Origin: an uncultured bacterium
GTDB taxonomy: Bacteria; Actinomycetota; Acidimicrobiia; Spongiisociales; UBA5794
Length of the DNA: 64,000 bases
Direction of reading: 5' to 3'
NCBI GenBank assembly: GCA_963801165.1
Contig: CAWDDT010000011.1
Coordinates: 224,001 to 288,000 of the forward strand
Within the stretch, counting starts at the first letter, position 1. Each line of letters opens with the position of its first letter. Made by a program: the position numbers and the translations under genes. Below, piece by piece: positions 20,493-29,690 of this stretch. The notes under the pieces were generated by a model. It made no database searches and was not told where the DNA came from. It saw only the letters and a program-made list of their open reading frames with translations.

Positions 20493-21119
20493 TTATCCAC
20501 CACCCCCCTCGCTTTGCCCGTGCTCCGGCGGCAGGTCGCCGTGGGTGGCCGACGGGGTCCAGCCGACCACGCCTTCGAACGCTGCCCGGCCACTAGGTGC
20601 AGTTGCCCGCATCCACCCCGAACCGAGCTTCAGCTCGTTGAGATCGATGAGGCGGTTCGCCTCCTGGGCATGGTTTGGTGTGCCGTCGGGCTCCACCAGC
20701 AGCTCGTCCCTGGTGTAGATCGAGTCGTTGCGGTTGGTGACCGACATCTCAAAGAGGTGGGTCATCGTTATCGCCTCGGTGGGGCACGCCTCGACGCACA
20801 TCGCACAGAAGATGCACCGCAGCATGTTGATCTCGTAGATGAACCCGTAGCGCTCACCCGGGCTCACCGGATCGTCCGGCGGGTTGTCGGCGCCGCGGAC
20901 ATAGATACAGCGGGCCGGGCAAACGCCGGCACACAGCTCACAGCCGATGCACTTCTCCATCCCGTCCGGGTAGCGGTTGAGCACGTGGCGACCGTGAAAA
21001 CGCTGCGGCTTCTCTCGCTTCTCGTCGGGGTATGACCGGGTCAATCGGGGGCGGCTCATCTGCCGCAGCGTCACCGCAAAGCCCCGGAACGGCCCCAACA
21101 TGTCGGCAAACCAGCCCAT
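20493..21119 (-). CDS. nuoI: NADH-quinone oxidoreductase subunit I
   Basis: CIGCELCAGVCP and CIFCAMCVEACP. Confidence 0.95.
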   Translation of the reverse strand: MGWFADMLGPFRGFAVTLRQMSRPRLTRSYPDEKREKPQRFHGRHVLNRYPDGMEKCIGCELCAGVCPARCIYVRGADNPPDDPVSPGERYGFIYEINMLRCIFCAMCVEACPTEAITMTHLFEMSVTNRNDSIYTRDELLVEPDGTPNHAQEANRLIDLNELKLGSGWMRATAPSGRAAFEGVVGWTPSATHGDLPPEHGQSEGGGG

Positions 21120-21123
21120 TATC

Positions 21124-22194
21124 TCAACTCCATGGCAGGCCCAGATCTCGCACGCCGAGCGAAACCGCGATCAACACGATCCACAACAGGCTGAACGGGA
21201 TGAGTCTCTTCCAGCCGAAGGACATCAGCTGGTCGTAGCGCATCCGGGGCAAAGACGCCCGGATCCACACAAACACAAACACCAGCAGGAAGGTCTTCAA
21301 CAAGAACCAGAAGATCGGGAACAGCCACGAGATCCACGACGGTGTCCCGAAGTCTGGACCGAGCCAGCCGCCGAGAAACAGGGTCGTAGTCAGCGCCGAG
21401 ATGTTGAAGATGTTGGCGTACTCGGCCAGGAAGAACATCGCAAACCGGAAGCCACCGTATTCGGTGTGGTAGCCGCCGACAATCTCGTTCTCGGCCTCGA
21501 CCAGATCGAACGGAGCCCGGTTGGTCTCGGCAACACCGGAGATGAAGAAGATAACGAACGACGGGATCAGGATCAGGTTCCACGCCGGGACGAAAGACAA
21601 GAAGCTGCTGCTGGAGAAGTAGCTGCCCATCTGCGCATCAACGATCCCGGTGAACGACGTGGAACCGGCAAACATGACCACCGGGACCAGGGCAAGACCC
21701 ATTGCCGCCTCGTATGAGATCATCTGAGCAGACGCCCGGACGGCGCCGAGCAACGGATACTTGGACCCGGACGCCCAACCGGCGAGCACGACTGCGTAAA
21801 CCGCAATCGACGACATCGCCAGCACGTAGAGCAGCGCAATGTTGAGGTCGGTGCCGGCGAGATTGATGACTCGATCGCCCAGTGTGAAGGGTCGCCCGAT
21901 CGGGATGACCATGAAGATGAGGATTGCCGGCACGAGCGCAGCGATCGGCGCCACCATGTACAAGCCGTACTCGACCTTGCGGGGAACCACCGGTTCCTTG
22001 AGGAGTAGCTTGACCCCGTCGGCGACCGTCTGGAGGATCCCGTACGGCCCGGCACGCATCGGCCCGATCCGATTCTGCATGTCGGCAACGATCTTGCGCT
22101 CGAACCACACCAGGATGATCACGGTCAGCAGCACCAGGGCAAAGACGGCGACCGCCTTGATGGCGGCTTCGACGAGGAGTGCCCATCCGCTCAC
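21124..22194 (-). CDS. nuoH: NADH-quinone oxidoreductase subunit H
   Basis: ERKIVADMQNRIGP, ADGVKL, RASAQMISYE, ETNRAPFDL, RMRYDQ. Confidence 0.95.
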   Translation of the reverse strand: MSGWALLVEAAIKAVAVFALVLLTVIILVWFERKIVADMQNRIGPMRAGPYGILQTVADGVKLLLKEPVVPRKVEYGLYMVAPIAALVPAILIFMVIPIGRPFTLGDRVINLAGTDLNIALLYVLAMSSIAVYAVVLAGWASGSKYPLLGAVRASAQMISYEAAMGLALVPVVMFAGSTSFTGIVDAQMGSYFSSSSFLSFVPAWNLILIPSFVIFFISGVAETNRAPFDLVEAENEIVGGYHTEYGGFRFAMFFLAEYANIFNISALTTTLFLGGWLGPDFGTPSWISWLFPIFWFLLKTFLLVFVFVWIRASLPRMRYDQLMSFGWKRLIPFSLLWIVLIAVSLGVRDLGLPWS

Positions 22195-24611
22195 GACGCA
22201 CCTCCCGGAGTGACAGTGACCGCAACGGCAGCCCCGAGCGCGGCTGTCCCGGGGAGGTTGGCGGGCACATATACGGTACCGTCGCCGAGCGAGTTGTCGA
22301 CGGCGACGGGCAGGACGACGCTGCTGGCATCCCCGGCGATGGTCACCGGCGACCCCGGCTCGATGCCCAGAGCCTCGATCTCGGCTTGGTTCAGGTAGGC
22401 GGCCGCGTCGGGGATGAGAGCTGCCAACGACGGGCTCTTGCGCACCTTGACACCGTCGTCGTACAAGACACGGGCAAGATGCAGACCGAACCGGGCCTCG
22501 ACCGGCTTGATGCTCCCGCTGACCGGGATGTACTCGAGCGGTTGCTCGCCGTCTTCGAGCGGGAGCAGCAGACCTTCCCGACCCTCGCCCCAGTCGAGAT
22601 CGTCCCATGAGACACCGTGATAGGCGGGAGCCACGGTTGCTATCTCTTTGCTGATGGCCGCAGCCGACGTCGCTCCGAGGGTTCCACCCATGCGCCGGGC
22701 CAGGTCATCGAGAAGCGACCACGTCGGTCTGGTCTGACCGGGGCCGGGGACGAGCCGGTTCACCTTCTGGATCCGGCCTTCGATATTGGTGACCGTGCCT
22801 TCCACCTCAGCAAACCCGACGACGGGGAACACCACATCGGCGAGGGCGGATGAGTCGGTGAGGAAGGTGTCGATGGCAACGACAAAAGCAGCCGCCTCGA
22901 GACACGCTCTGGCCAGGGTGGGCTCGGGATGGTCTCGAACGGGGTCGGTGCCGAGCATGACCAGGGCCTGCAAATCACCGTCGCGAAGGCCTTCGAGAAT
23001 GCTGGTGGCGTTCCTCCCCAGACCTTCGGGGAGCGGCCCCCATTCGGCCTCGAGCGTGTGATGAGCGCTGGTCTCGGAGACGCGCCCCGGGAGCAAGGTC
23101 GGGGCCAGACCCATATCGAGGGCCCCCATGACGTTGCCCCGCCTGGCGAGCGGCAAGATCTTGCCATCGGTGAGGTCCCGGCCAAAGGCGGCGACCCCCT
23201 CGGCGAGCCTGGGGTCTTCGCCGAGCCCGGTCCGACCGACGATGGTGACGACCGGACCGTCGTTGAGCGCTTCCCGGATCACTCCGTAGTCTCCGCCGCC
23301 GGCGGCGAGCGCCTGCAGCACATCGGGCCCGGTGCCGGGACGGTAACGAACTTTGTGGGTGGCGACGTCGTCGAGACCGGTGCGCCGGGGGTGAACGACG
23401 ATGAGGGTGGCTCCCAGCTCGGCGGCAGCGCGGCGCACCCGCAGGTAGAGAACCGGGTATTCCTCCTTCAGGTCGGCCGCCCACAGGAGGATGGTCCTGG
23501 CGGTCTCCAGGTCGCTGATGGCGGCCCGCGGCGTCGCCCCGACGAGGAATTGTGGGTCGAGCCCATCGTCGAGCTGAGCATCGACGTGAGGGGTAACCAC
23601 GATCGTCCGGAGGAACTTGCCGAACATGAAGGCTTCCTCGTTGGTGCTGTTGGCGCCGCCGAGACCCGCCACCTGCTCGCCCGGATAGGAGGTCAGCCGC
23701 TCCGCTACCAGATCGAGCGCATCGCCCCAGGTCGCTTCACGGAACTCACCGTCTTGCTTGATCAGAGGTGTGGTCAGCCGATCCTCGCTGTGGATCGCCT
23801 CGAAGACGAACCGATCCTTGTCGGAGAGCCAACCCTGGTTAGTGGCGTCGTTGTCGACGCCGTCGATGCGAACCACGCGATTCTGGCTCGACTCGACCGA
23901 CACCCTCGAGCCGACCGAGTCGACCAGCGAAACGCTCTCGACGGCCTCGAGATCCCAGGGGCGTGCCTTGAACCGGTACGGCTTGGCGGTCAATGCGCCT
24001 ACCGGGCAGATCTGCACGGTGTTGCCGGAGAAGTAGGAGTTGAACGGCTCGCCCGGGAAGGTGAGGACCTGCACCTGGTTGGCACGGTCCTGGAACTCGA
24101 TCAGCGGGTCGCCGGAGATCTCCTCCGAGAATCGGGTGCAACGGGCACAGAGGATGCAGCGCTCCCGGTCGAGCAGCACCAGGTCGGAGATCGGGATCGG
24201 CTTCTCGAAATGCCGCTTCTCCTCAACGAACCTGCTCTCGCCCGGTCCGTAGGCGAGGGTTTGATCCTGGAGCGGGCACTCCCCTCCCTTGTCACAAACG
24301 GGACAATCGAGCGGGTGGTTGATGAGCAGATACTCGAGGACACCCTCCTGGACCTTCTTGACAACGGCGGACTGTGTGTCGACGACCATCCCCTCGTTGA
24401 CCCGGGCCGTACAGGAGGGCATCAACATCTTGCCGCGGGGCCCTTCGACCTCGACGAGGCACATGCGGCACATCCCGACCGGCTTCATTCGCGGGTGCCA
24501 GCAGAAATGGGGGATGTACACGCCGTTGTCCACGGCGACCTTGATCAGCACCTCGCCGGCGGGCCCTTGCATTTCGACCCCGTCGACGGTGATGGTCACC
24601 TGGTCAGCCAT
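22191..24611 (-). CDS. nuoG: NADH-quinone oxidoreductase subunit G
   Basis: IPHFCWH, CRMCLVE, NHPLDCPVCDKGGECPLQ, CILCARC. Confidence 0.95.
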   Translation of the reverse strand: MADQVTITVDGVEMQGPAGEVLIKVAVDNGVYIPHFCWHPRMKPVGMCRMCLVEVEGPRGKMLMPSCTARVNEGMVVDTQSAVVKKVQEGVLEYLLINHPLDCPVCDKGGECPLQDQTLAYGPGESRFVEEKRHFEKPIPISDLVLLDRERCILCARCTRFSEEISGDPLIEFQDRANQVQVLTFPGEPFNSYFSGNTVQICPVGALTAKPYRFKARPWDLEAVESVSLVDSVGSRVSVESSQNRVVRIDGVDNDATNQGWLSDKDRFVFEAIHSEDRLTTPLIKQDGEFREATWGDALDLVAERLTSYPGEQVAGLGGANSTNEEAFMFGKFLRTIVVTPHVDAQLDDGLDPQFLVGATPRAAISDLETARTILLWAADLKEEYPVLYLRVRRAAAELGATLIVVHPRRTGLDDVATHKVRYRPGTGPDVLQALAAGGGDYGVIREALNDGPVVTIVGRTGLGEDPRLAEGVAAFGRDLTDGKILPLARRGNVMGALDMGLAPTLLPGRVSETSAHHTLEAEWGPLPEGLGRNATSILEGLRDGDLQALVMLGTDPVRDHPEPTLARACLEAAAFVVAIDTFLTDSSALADVVFPVVGFAEVEGTVTNIEGRIQKVNRLVPGPGQTRPTWSLLDDLARRMGGTLGATSAAAISKEIATVAPAYHGVSWDDLDWGEGREGLLLPLEDGEQPLEYIPVSGSIKPVEARFGLHLARVLYDDGVKVRKSPSLAALIPDAAAYLNQAEIEALGIEPGSPVTIAGDASSVVLPVAVDNSLGDGTVYVPANLPGTAALGAAVAVTVTPGGAS

Positions 24612-25887
24612 GCGCCACCTCCTTGCCGACCCGTGCCTCGACTTCGTCACGGAAATACTTCATCAGCGACATCACCGGTGCCGTGGCGGAGGGGCCGAGC
24701 GGGCAGATGGTGGTCATGGCGGGCGGCCAGGTGAGCCCGGGGCTGATGCCGTCGGAGACGTCGAGAAGCAGGTCGACGTCTTCCGGGCGTCCCTGCCCGG
24801 TGAGGATCCGGTTGAAGATGCGCTCGAGCCAGCTGCAGCCTTCCCGGCAGGGCGTGCACTGGCCGCACGACTCGTGGGCGTAGAAGCGGACGATCCGGTG
24901 CGCCGCGGCGATGACGTCGGTGGTGTCGTCCATGACGATGATGGCGCCGGACCCCATCATCGAGCCGTTCTTGCCCACGTCGTCGATGGTGACGGGTGTA
25001 TCGAGGTGCTCGTCGGGCACGAACCAGGGTGCGGATGAACCACCGGGAATCCAGGCCTTCAGCCCCCGGTCCTCGCGGATTCCGCCGCCGATCCCGTAGA
25101 TGAGGTCACGCCAGCTCATCCCCATCACGATCTCGTAGTTGCCCGGATTCTTGACGTGACCCGAGAGCGAGATCATCCGGGTTCCGGCCGACTTCTCGGG
25201 ACCGATGGCGGCGTAGGCGAGACCGCCGTTGTTGACGATCCACGGCACGTTCGACAGGGTTTCGACGTTGTTGACGACCGTTGGCTTGGCGTAGAGACCC
25301 TCGACCGCAGGAAACGGCGGCTTCAGCCGGGGCTCGCCACGACGCCCTTCGAGACTGTTCAGCAGAGCCGACTCCTCACCACAGATGTAGGCGCCTGCGC
25401 CGAGATGGACCGTGATCTCGAGGTCGAACCCGCTGCCGAGGATGTCCGAACCGAGGTAGCCCTTCCCATACGCCTCGTCAACGGCGTGCTGCAACCGGCG
25501 TGCCGGCTTCGGATACTCGCCGCGGATGTAAATGAAGGCGTGATTCACACCGACGGCATACGAGGTGAGGATGACGCCTTCGACGAGCTGGTGTGGGTCC
25601 CTCTCCAGCAGCTGGCGGTCCTTGAACGTTCCCGGTTCGGACTCGTCGCCGTTGACGACCAGGTACGCCGGCTTGGCGGGGGCGAGGAACCCCCACTTGA
25701 CACCCGCGGGAAAGTTGGCACCGCCCCGACCGCGGATGTTCGAGGCCTTCACTTGTTCCGCAACCTTCTCCGGCGCCATCTCGAGCAAGCCCTTGCGCAG
25801 CGCGGTGTAACCGCCGGTCGCCTCATAACGCTCGATGGTGTGACTGTCGGTGCGGTTCGCCTCCATCCGCTCGGTGAGTATCTTCAT
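24604..25887 (-). CDS. nuoF: NADH-quinone oxidoreductase subunit F
   Basis: RGRGGANFP, NGDESEPGTFKD, GAGAYICGEE, ESCGQCTPCREG. Confidence 0.95.
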   Translation of the reverse strand: MKILTERMEANRTDSHTIERYEATGGYTALRKGLLEMAPEKVAEQVKASNIRGRGGANFPAGVKWGFLAPAKPAYLVVNGDESEPGTFKDRQLLERDPHQLVEGVILTSYAVGVNHAFIYIRGEYPKPARRLQHAVDEAYGKGYLGSDILGSGFDLEITVHLGAGAYICGEESALLNSLEGRRGEPRLKPPFPAVEGLYAKPTVVNNVETLSNVPWIVNNGGLAYAAIGPEKSAGTRMISLSGHVKNPGNYEIVMGMSWRDLIYGIGGGIREDRGLKAWIPGGSSAPWFVPDEHLDTPVTIDDVGKNGSMMGSGAIIVMDDTTDVIAAAHRIVRFYAHESCGQCTPCREGCSWLERIFNRILTGQGRPEDVDLLLDVSDGISPGLTWPPAMTTICPLGPSATAPVMSLMKYFRDEVEARVGKEVAHG

Positions 25888-25942
25888 CTTCCCTCTCCCT
25901 CTGGGAGAGGATGGCGAGCGAAGCGAAGCCAGGTGAGGGCCT
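25888..25942. repeat. Single family B unit between nuoE and nuoF
   Basis: cctctccctctgggagagg-atggcgagcgaagcgaagccag-gtgagggcc. Confidence 0.85.
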
Positions 25943-25951
25943 TGTGCGTAC

Positions 25952-26608
25952 TCATCCCACCTCCCTGGATGACCCGTATGGGCCGAAGGCGGGGATAGGG
26001 AGGAAGGAGCCTTCGGTCCCGGCGACGCCCCAATCGAAGGATCGCTTGCCACCGAAGAGTTGCTGCATCTCGTCGCCGTTGACCACGTCGGGGCCACCGT
26101 CGCGCAGCCAACGGACCAGCTCACGGGCCTTGTCCGGGGTGACACCCTCGATCATCTCGTAGTTGACCAGGACCACCGGGGCGCCGCCGCAGGCACCGTT
26201 GCATTCGACGTGCTCGACAGAGAACTTGCCGGCGCCACCGGTCTCGCCGTCGGGCACTCCCGATTCGTCTTCGATCGCGGCCAGGACGTCGTCGGCACCA
26301 ACCAGGAAGCACGAGATGGAAGTACACACCGACACCAGGTAGTCGCCGAGCTCCTCGCGTTTGTACATCGAGTAGAAGCTGGCAACGGATTGCACCTGGG
26401 CGCCGGTTAGCCCGGTCAGCACCCCGACCGCCTTCATCCCTGCCGCGGTCACGTATCCATGCTCGAGCATCGCGATGTATAGCAGAGGCATCACCGCCGA
26501 GCGGCGCACCGGGTACTTCCCCAGAATCTCGGCGGCGAGCCGCTGCGAGTCCTCGCTCCAGTCGCGGATCGCCTCGAGCTCCGCTGCCGTCAATTCGACT
26601 GCCTTCAT
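25952..26608 (-). CDS. nuoE: NADH-quinone oxidoreductase subunit E
   Basis: RSAVMPLL, VASFYSMY, CTSISC, ECNGAC. Confidence 0.93.
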   Translation of the reverse strand: MKAVELTAAELEAIRDWSEDSQRLAAEILGKYPVRRSAVMPLLYIAMLEHGYVTAAGMKAVGVLTGLTGAQVQSVASFYSMYKREELGDYLVSVCTSISCFLVGADDVLAAIEDESGVPDGETGGAGKFSVEHVECNGACGGAPVVLVNYEMIEGVTPDKARELVRWLRDGGPDVVNGDEMQQLFGGKRSFDWGVAGTEGSFLPIPAFGPYGSSREVG

Positions 26609-28041
26609 CGGTCCACATCTCCCAGGACGGGGTCGGTCGATGCGATGGTGGCCACGATGTCGGCGACGAGGGAGCCGGTCATCATGGTGGGGAGGGCCTG
26701 CACGTGATTGAAGGACGGCGTTCTGGCGTGCAGCCGCCAGGGTTTCTCCCGTCCGTCCGAGACGATGTACATGCCGAGCTCGCCGCGAGGCGATTCGACC
26801 GCGGCGTAGGTCTCGCCTGCAGGAACCTTATAGCCGCTGGTAAACAACTTGAAGTGGTGGATCAGCGCCTCCATGGATTCGTCGATCCGTTTCCGGGGCG
26901 GCGGGGTGATCTTGCGGTCGAGGGTGCGGTAATCGCCTGCGGGCATCGTCTCCAGCACCTGCCGCACGATACCGAAAGACTGTTTCATCTCCTCCATCCG
27001 CACCAGGTAGCGGTCCCAGACATCGCCGTGCTTCCCCACGGGAACCTCGAAGTCGTACTTGTCGACCCCGCTATACGGCAAGGCCTTGCGGAGATCCCAT
27101 TTGATACCGGAGGCGCGGGCAATCGGGCCCGTGACGCCGAGAGCCCGGCACTCCTCAGGGGTGATGACCCCGACGCCCATGGTCCGATCCTGGAAGATGG
27201 GGTTGCCGTTGAACAGCTCTTCGTATTCACCGATCCCCTGCCCGACCTTGTCGATGAGGGTCTCGATGTCGTCTTCCCAACCGTCGGGGAGGTCGGCGGC
27301 CACGCCACCGGGCCGGATGTAGTTGTGGTTCATCCGCAGACCGGTCGTCTTCTCGAAGAAATCGAGGATGTACTCCCGATCGCGGAAACCGTAGATGAGC
27401 ATCGATACGGCGCCGAGGTCGGTGCACTGGGTGGCGGCCCAGACCAGGTGGCTGGAGACCCGGTTCAACTCGGTCATGAGCACCCGGATCGCCTGGGCAC
27501 GCTCGGGTATCTCGATGCCCAGCAGCGATTCAACCGCCAGCGAGAAAGCAAGCTCCATGTGCAGCGGAGAAAGGTAGTCCATCCGGGTGACGTTGGTGGC
27601 GCCCTGCATGTAGGTCAGCGTCTCACCGGTCTTCTCCATGCCGGTGTGGAGGTACCCGATGATCGGCTTGACCCGGCGGATCGTCTCCCCGTCCAGCTCG
27701 AGTTGGAGACGGAGCACGCCATGGGTGGAGGGATGCTGCGGGCCCATGTTGAGGATCTGGAGCTCGTCAGGATCCGTGGCCTCTTCGAATTCGAAGTCGT
27801 CGTCGACAACCGTGCCCCGGGACAGCCGTAGCGCCGGGTCGCTGCCGGCGTCGAGCATCTCCTGCGACTGCTCGTCGGTGTAGTTGCCCATCCATTCCGG
27901 CTCTTCGGTACCGGCCACCCACAGGTCGTGGAGGTGGCGGCGCTCCTCGGCGCCGATCGACTCTGAGGTGCCGACTTCCTCCGGCTTGTCGATGCCGGTC
28001 GCCTCGAAATCTCCGGTTACTACGTTCGGCGTGTCACTCAT
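26605..28041 (-). CDS. nuoD: NADH-quinone oxidoreductase subunit D (with long acidic N-terminal extension)
   Basis: NMGPQHPSTHGVLRL, GYLHTGMEK, RMDYL, ESPRGE, DPVLGDVDR. Confidence 0.95.
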   Translation of the reverse strand: MSDTPNVVTGDFEATGIDKPEEVGTSESIGAEERRHLHDLWVAGTEEPEWMGNYTDEQSQEMLDAGSDPALRLSRGTVVDDDFEFEEATDPDELQILNMGPQHPSTHGVLRLQLELDGETIRRVKPIIGYLHTGMEKTGETLTYMQGATNVTRMDYLSPLHMELAFSLAVESLLGIEIPERAQAIRVLMTELNRVSSHLVWAATQCTDLGAVSMLIYGFRDREYILDFFEKTTGLRMNHNYIRPGGVAADLPDGWEDDIETLIDKVGQGIGEYEELFNGNPIFQDRTMGVGVITPEECRALGVTGPIARASGIKWDLRKALPYSGVDKYDFEVPVGKHGDVWDRYLVRMEEMKQSFGIVRQVLETMPAGDYRTLDRKITPPPRKRIDESMEALIHHFKLFTSGYKVPAGETYAAVESPRGELGMYIVSDGREKPWRLHARTPSFNHVQALPTMMTGSLVADIVATIASTDPVLGDVDR

Positions 28042-28532
28042 GTTGTCTTTGGTGATTCCTTGAAGCGGACCGGCACGGAGCCAACACCGTAGTCCTTGCG
28101 TAGCGGATAGCCCTCCCAGTCGTCGGGGAGGACGATACGGGTCAGGTCCGGATGCCCGGAGAACACGATGCCGAACAGATCGAAGGCTTCCCGCTCGTAG
28201 AAGTTGGCCCCGGGAAAGATCTCCGTGATCGAGGGAACGGTGGGATCCGCCGCAGGTACGCCGACCCTGATCCGCAGGCGGCACACATGCTCGTGCGAGA
28301 GCAGGTTGAGGACCACCTCGAACCGCGGCTTGCGGTGGAGGTAGTCGACACCACACAGGTCGGCGAACACGTTGAAGCCGACGTCGCGGGCCGCAGTGAC
28401 GAGGGGGACGTACTGCTCCAAAGATGGGCGAGCGACGTCCTGGTTGGAGTCGAGCACCTGCTCGAACGCGACGTCGGGAAAGCGGCCGCTGAGCCGGGTG
28501 ACCACGTCCTGGCTCATCCCGTCCTGGCTCAT
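28038..28532 (-). CDS. nuoC: NADH-quinone oxidoreductase subunit C
   Basis: [37 protein letters not shown]. Confidence 0.93.
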   Translation of the reverse strand: MSQDGMSQDVVTRLSGRFPDVAFEQVLDSNQDVARPSLEQYVPLVTAARDVGFNVFADLCGVDYLHRKPRFEVVLNLLSHEHVCRLRIRVGVPAADPTVPSITEIFPGANFYEREAFDLFGIVFSGHPDLTRIVLPDDWEGYPLRKDYGVGSVPVRFKESPKTT

Positions 28533-28999
28533 CGTACGATCTCCCCGGCCATCACTTTGTCTTGAAGCATGAGGATGCCGTGCATCAACGACTGCGGTCC
28601 TGGAGGGCACCCGGGAACGTAGACGTCGACGGGAACCACCTCGTCCACACCCTGGACGAGGGCGTAGTTGTTGAACATGCCACCCGTCGACGCACACGCG
28701 CCCATGGAGATGACCCACTTCGGCTCGGACATCTGGTCATATACCTGACGCAGCACCGGCGCCATCTTCTGCGACACGCGGCCTGCGACGATCATCAGAT
28801 CCGCCTGGCGTGGCGAAGCCCGGAAAACCTCCATGCCGAAGCGAGCTAGGTCGTTGTGGGCAGCACCAGTCGCCATCATCTCGATGGCACAACAAGCGAG
28901 GCCAAAGGTCGCAGCCCACATGGATCGGGTTCGAGTCCAGTTGATTGCGGCCTCGTAGGTGGTGAGGAGGAACCCCGAGGGACCGGATCTATGCGCCAT
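28529..28999 (-). CDS. nuoB: NADH-quinone oxidoreductase subunit B
   Basis: [32 protein letters not shown]. Confidence 0.95.
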   Translation of the reverse strand: MAHRSGPSGFLLTTYEAAINWTRTRSMWAATFGLACCAIEMMATGAAHNDLARFGMEVFRASPRQADLMIVAGRVSQKMAPVLRQVYDQMSEPKWVISMGACASTGGMFNNYALVQGVDEVVPVDVYVPGCPPGPQSLMHGILMLQDKVMAGEIVR

Positions 29000-29440
29000 C
29001 TATGCCGCTTCCTCCCCCGAGTCGCCACCGACGACAGACTCGGTCGGTGCGACTACCCGACGGTAACGCTGCCGCTGGGCCACGTTCCAGTCGAGAGCTC
29101 CTCGCTTCCAGACGTAGACCAGGGTCTCGATCACCAGCGCCACGAAGATGCCCATGGCCCCGATGCCTGCCCAGCCGAATTCCTGCCAGCGGACCGCCCA
29201 CGCAAACAGGAAGATGATCTCCACATCGAAGATGACAAAGAGCATCGCCACCAGATAGAACTTGACCGGGAACCGCTGGGCCGGCTCTTGGAGAGGGACG
29301 ATGCCGCACTCGTAGGGAGCGAGTTTCTCAGGCGTGGGCTTCTTGGGAGCCACCAGCCGCGAGATGGTGAGGCTGATGACGGCGAACCCTGCGGCCACGA
29401 CAAAGGCGATCGCGATCGGCAGATAGTCGGACAATGTCAT
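29000..29440 (-). CDS. nuoA: NADH-quinone oxidoreductase subunit A
   Basis: PYECG, FYLVAMLFVIFDVE, KRGALDW. Confidence 0.95.
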   Translation of the reverse strand: MTLSDYLPIAIAFVVAAGFAVISLTISRLVAPKKPTPEKLAPYECGIVPLQEPAQRFPVKFYLVAMLFVIFDVEIIFLFAWAVRWQEFGWAGIGAMGIFVALVIETLVYVWKRGALDWNVAQRQRYRRVVAPTESVVGGDSGEEAA

Positions 29441-29496
29441 TGCTCAGCTACTCCTTCCGGCTCGCAAGACTAGGAATCTCTCCGCGGCCATACAAA

Positions 29497-29560
29497 GCTA
29501 GTCCGCTGCGTCGCTAGTCCGCTGCGTCGCTAGTCCGCTGCGTCGCTAGTCCGCTGCGTC
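29497..29560. repeat. Perfect 16-bp tandem repeat x4 in the nuoA/MFS divergent intergenic region
   Basis: (gctagtccgctgcgtc)x4. Confidence 0.95.
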
Positions 29561-29690
29561 ACAGCCTATTGGTAACGAGCCGGGTGTGCTGACGGTCGCT
29601 CGCGTCCCGCGTGAGCTCGCCGGCTGGAGTTCTTAGAGCCGCAACCAAAGAGCACACGCGCAGGCAGCTCTGTCTATAGAGTCTCCTGCG

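Noticed and set aside
22929-24734. Long antisense ORFs over nuoG, nuoN, dppA and other genes
   Set aside because: Shadow ORFs expected from high-GC codon bias opposite well-supported genes.
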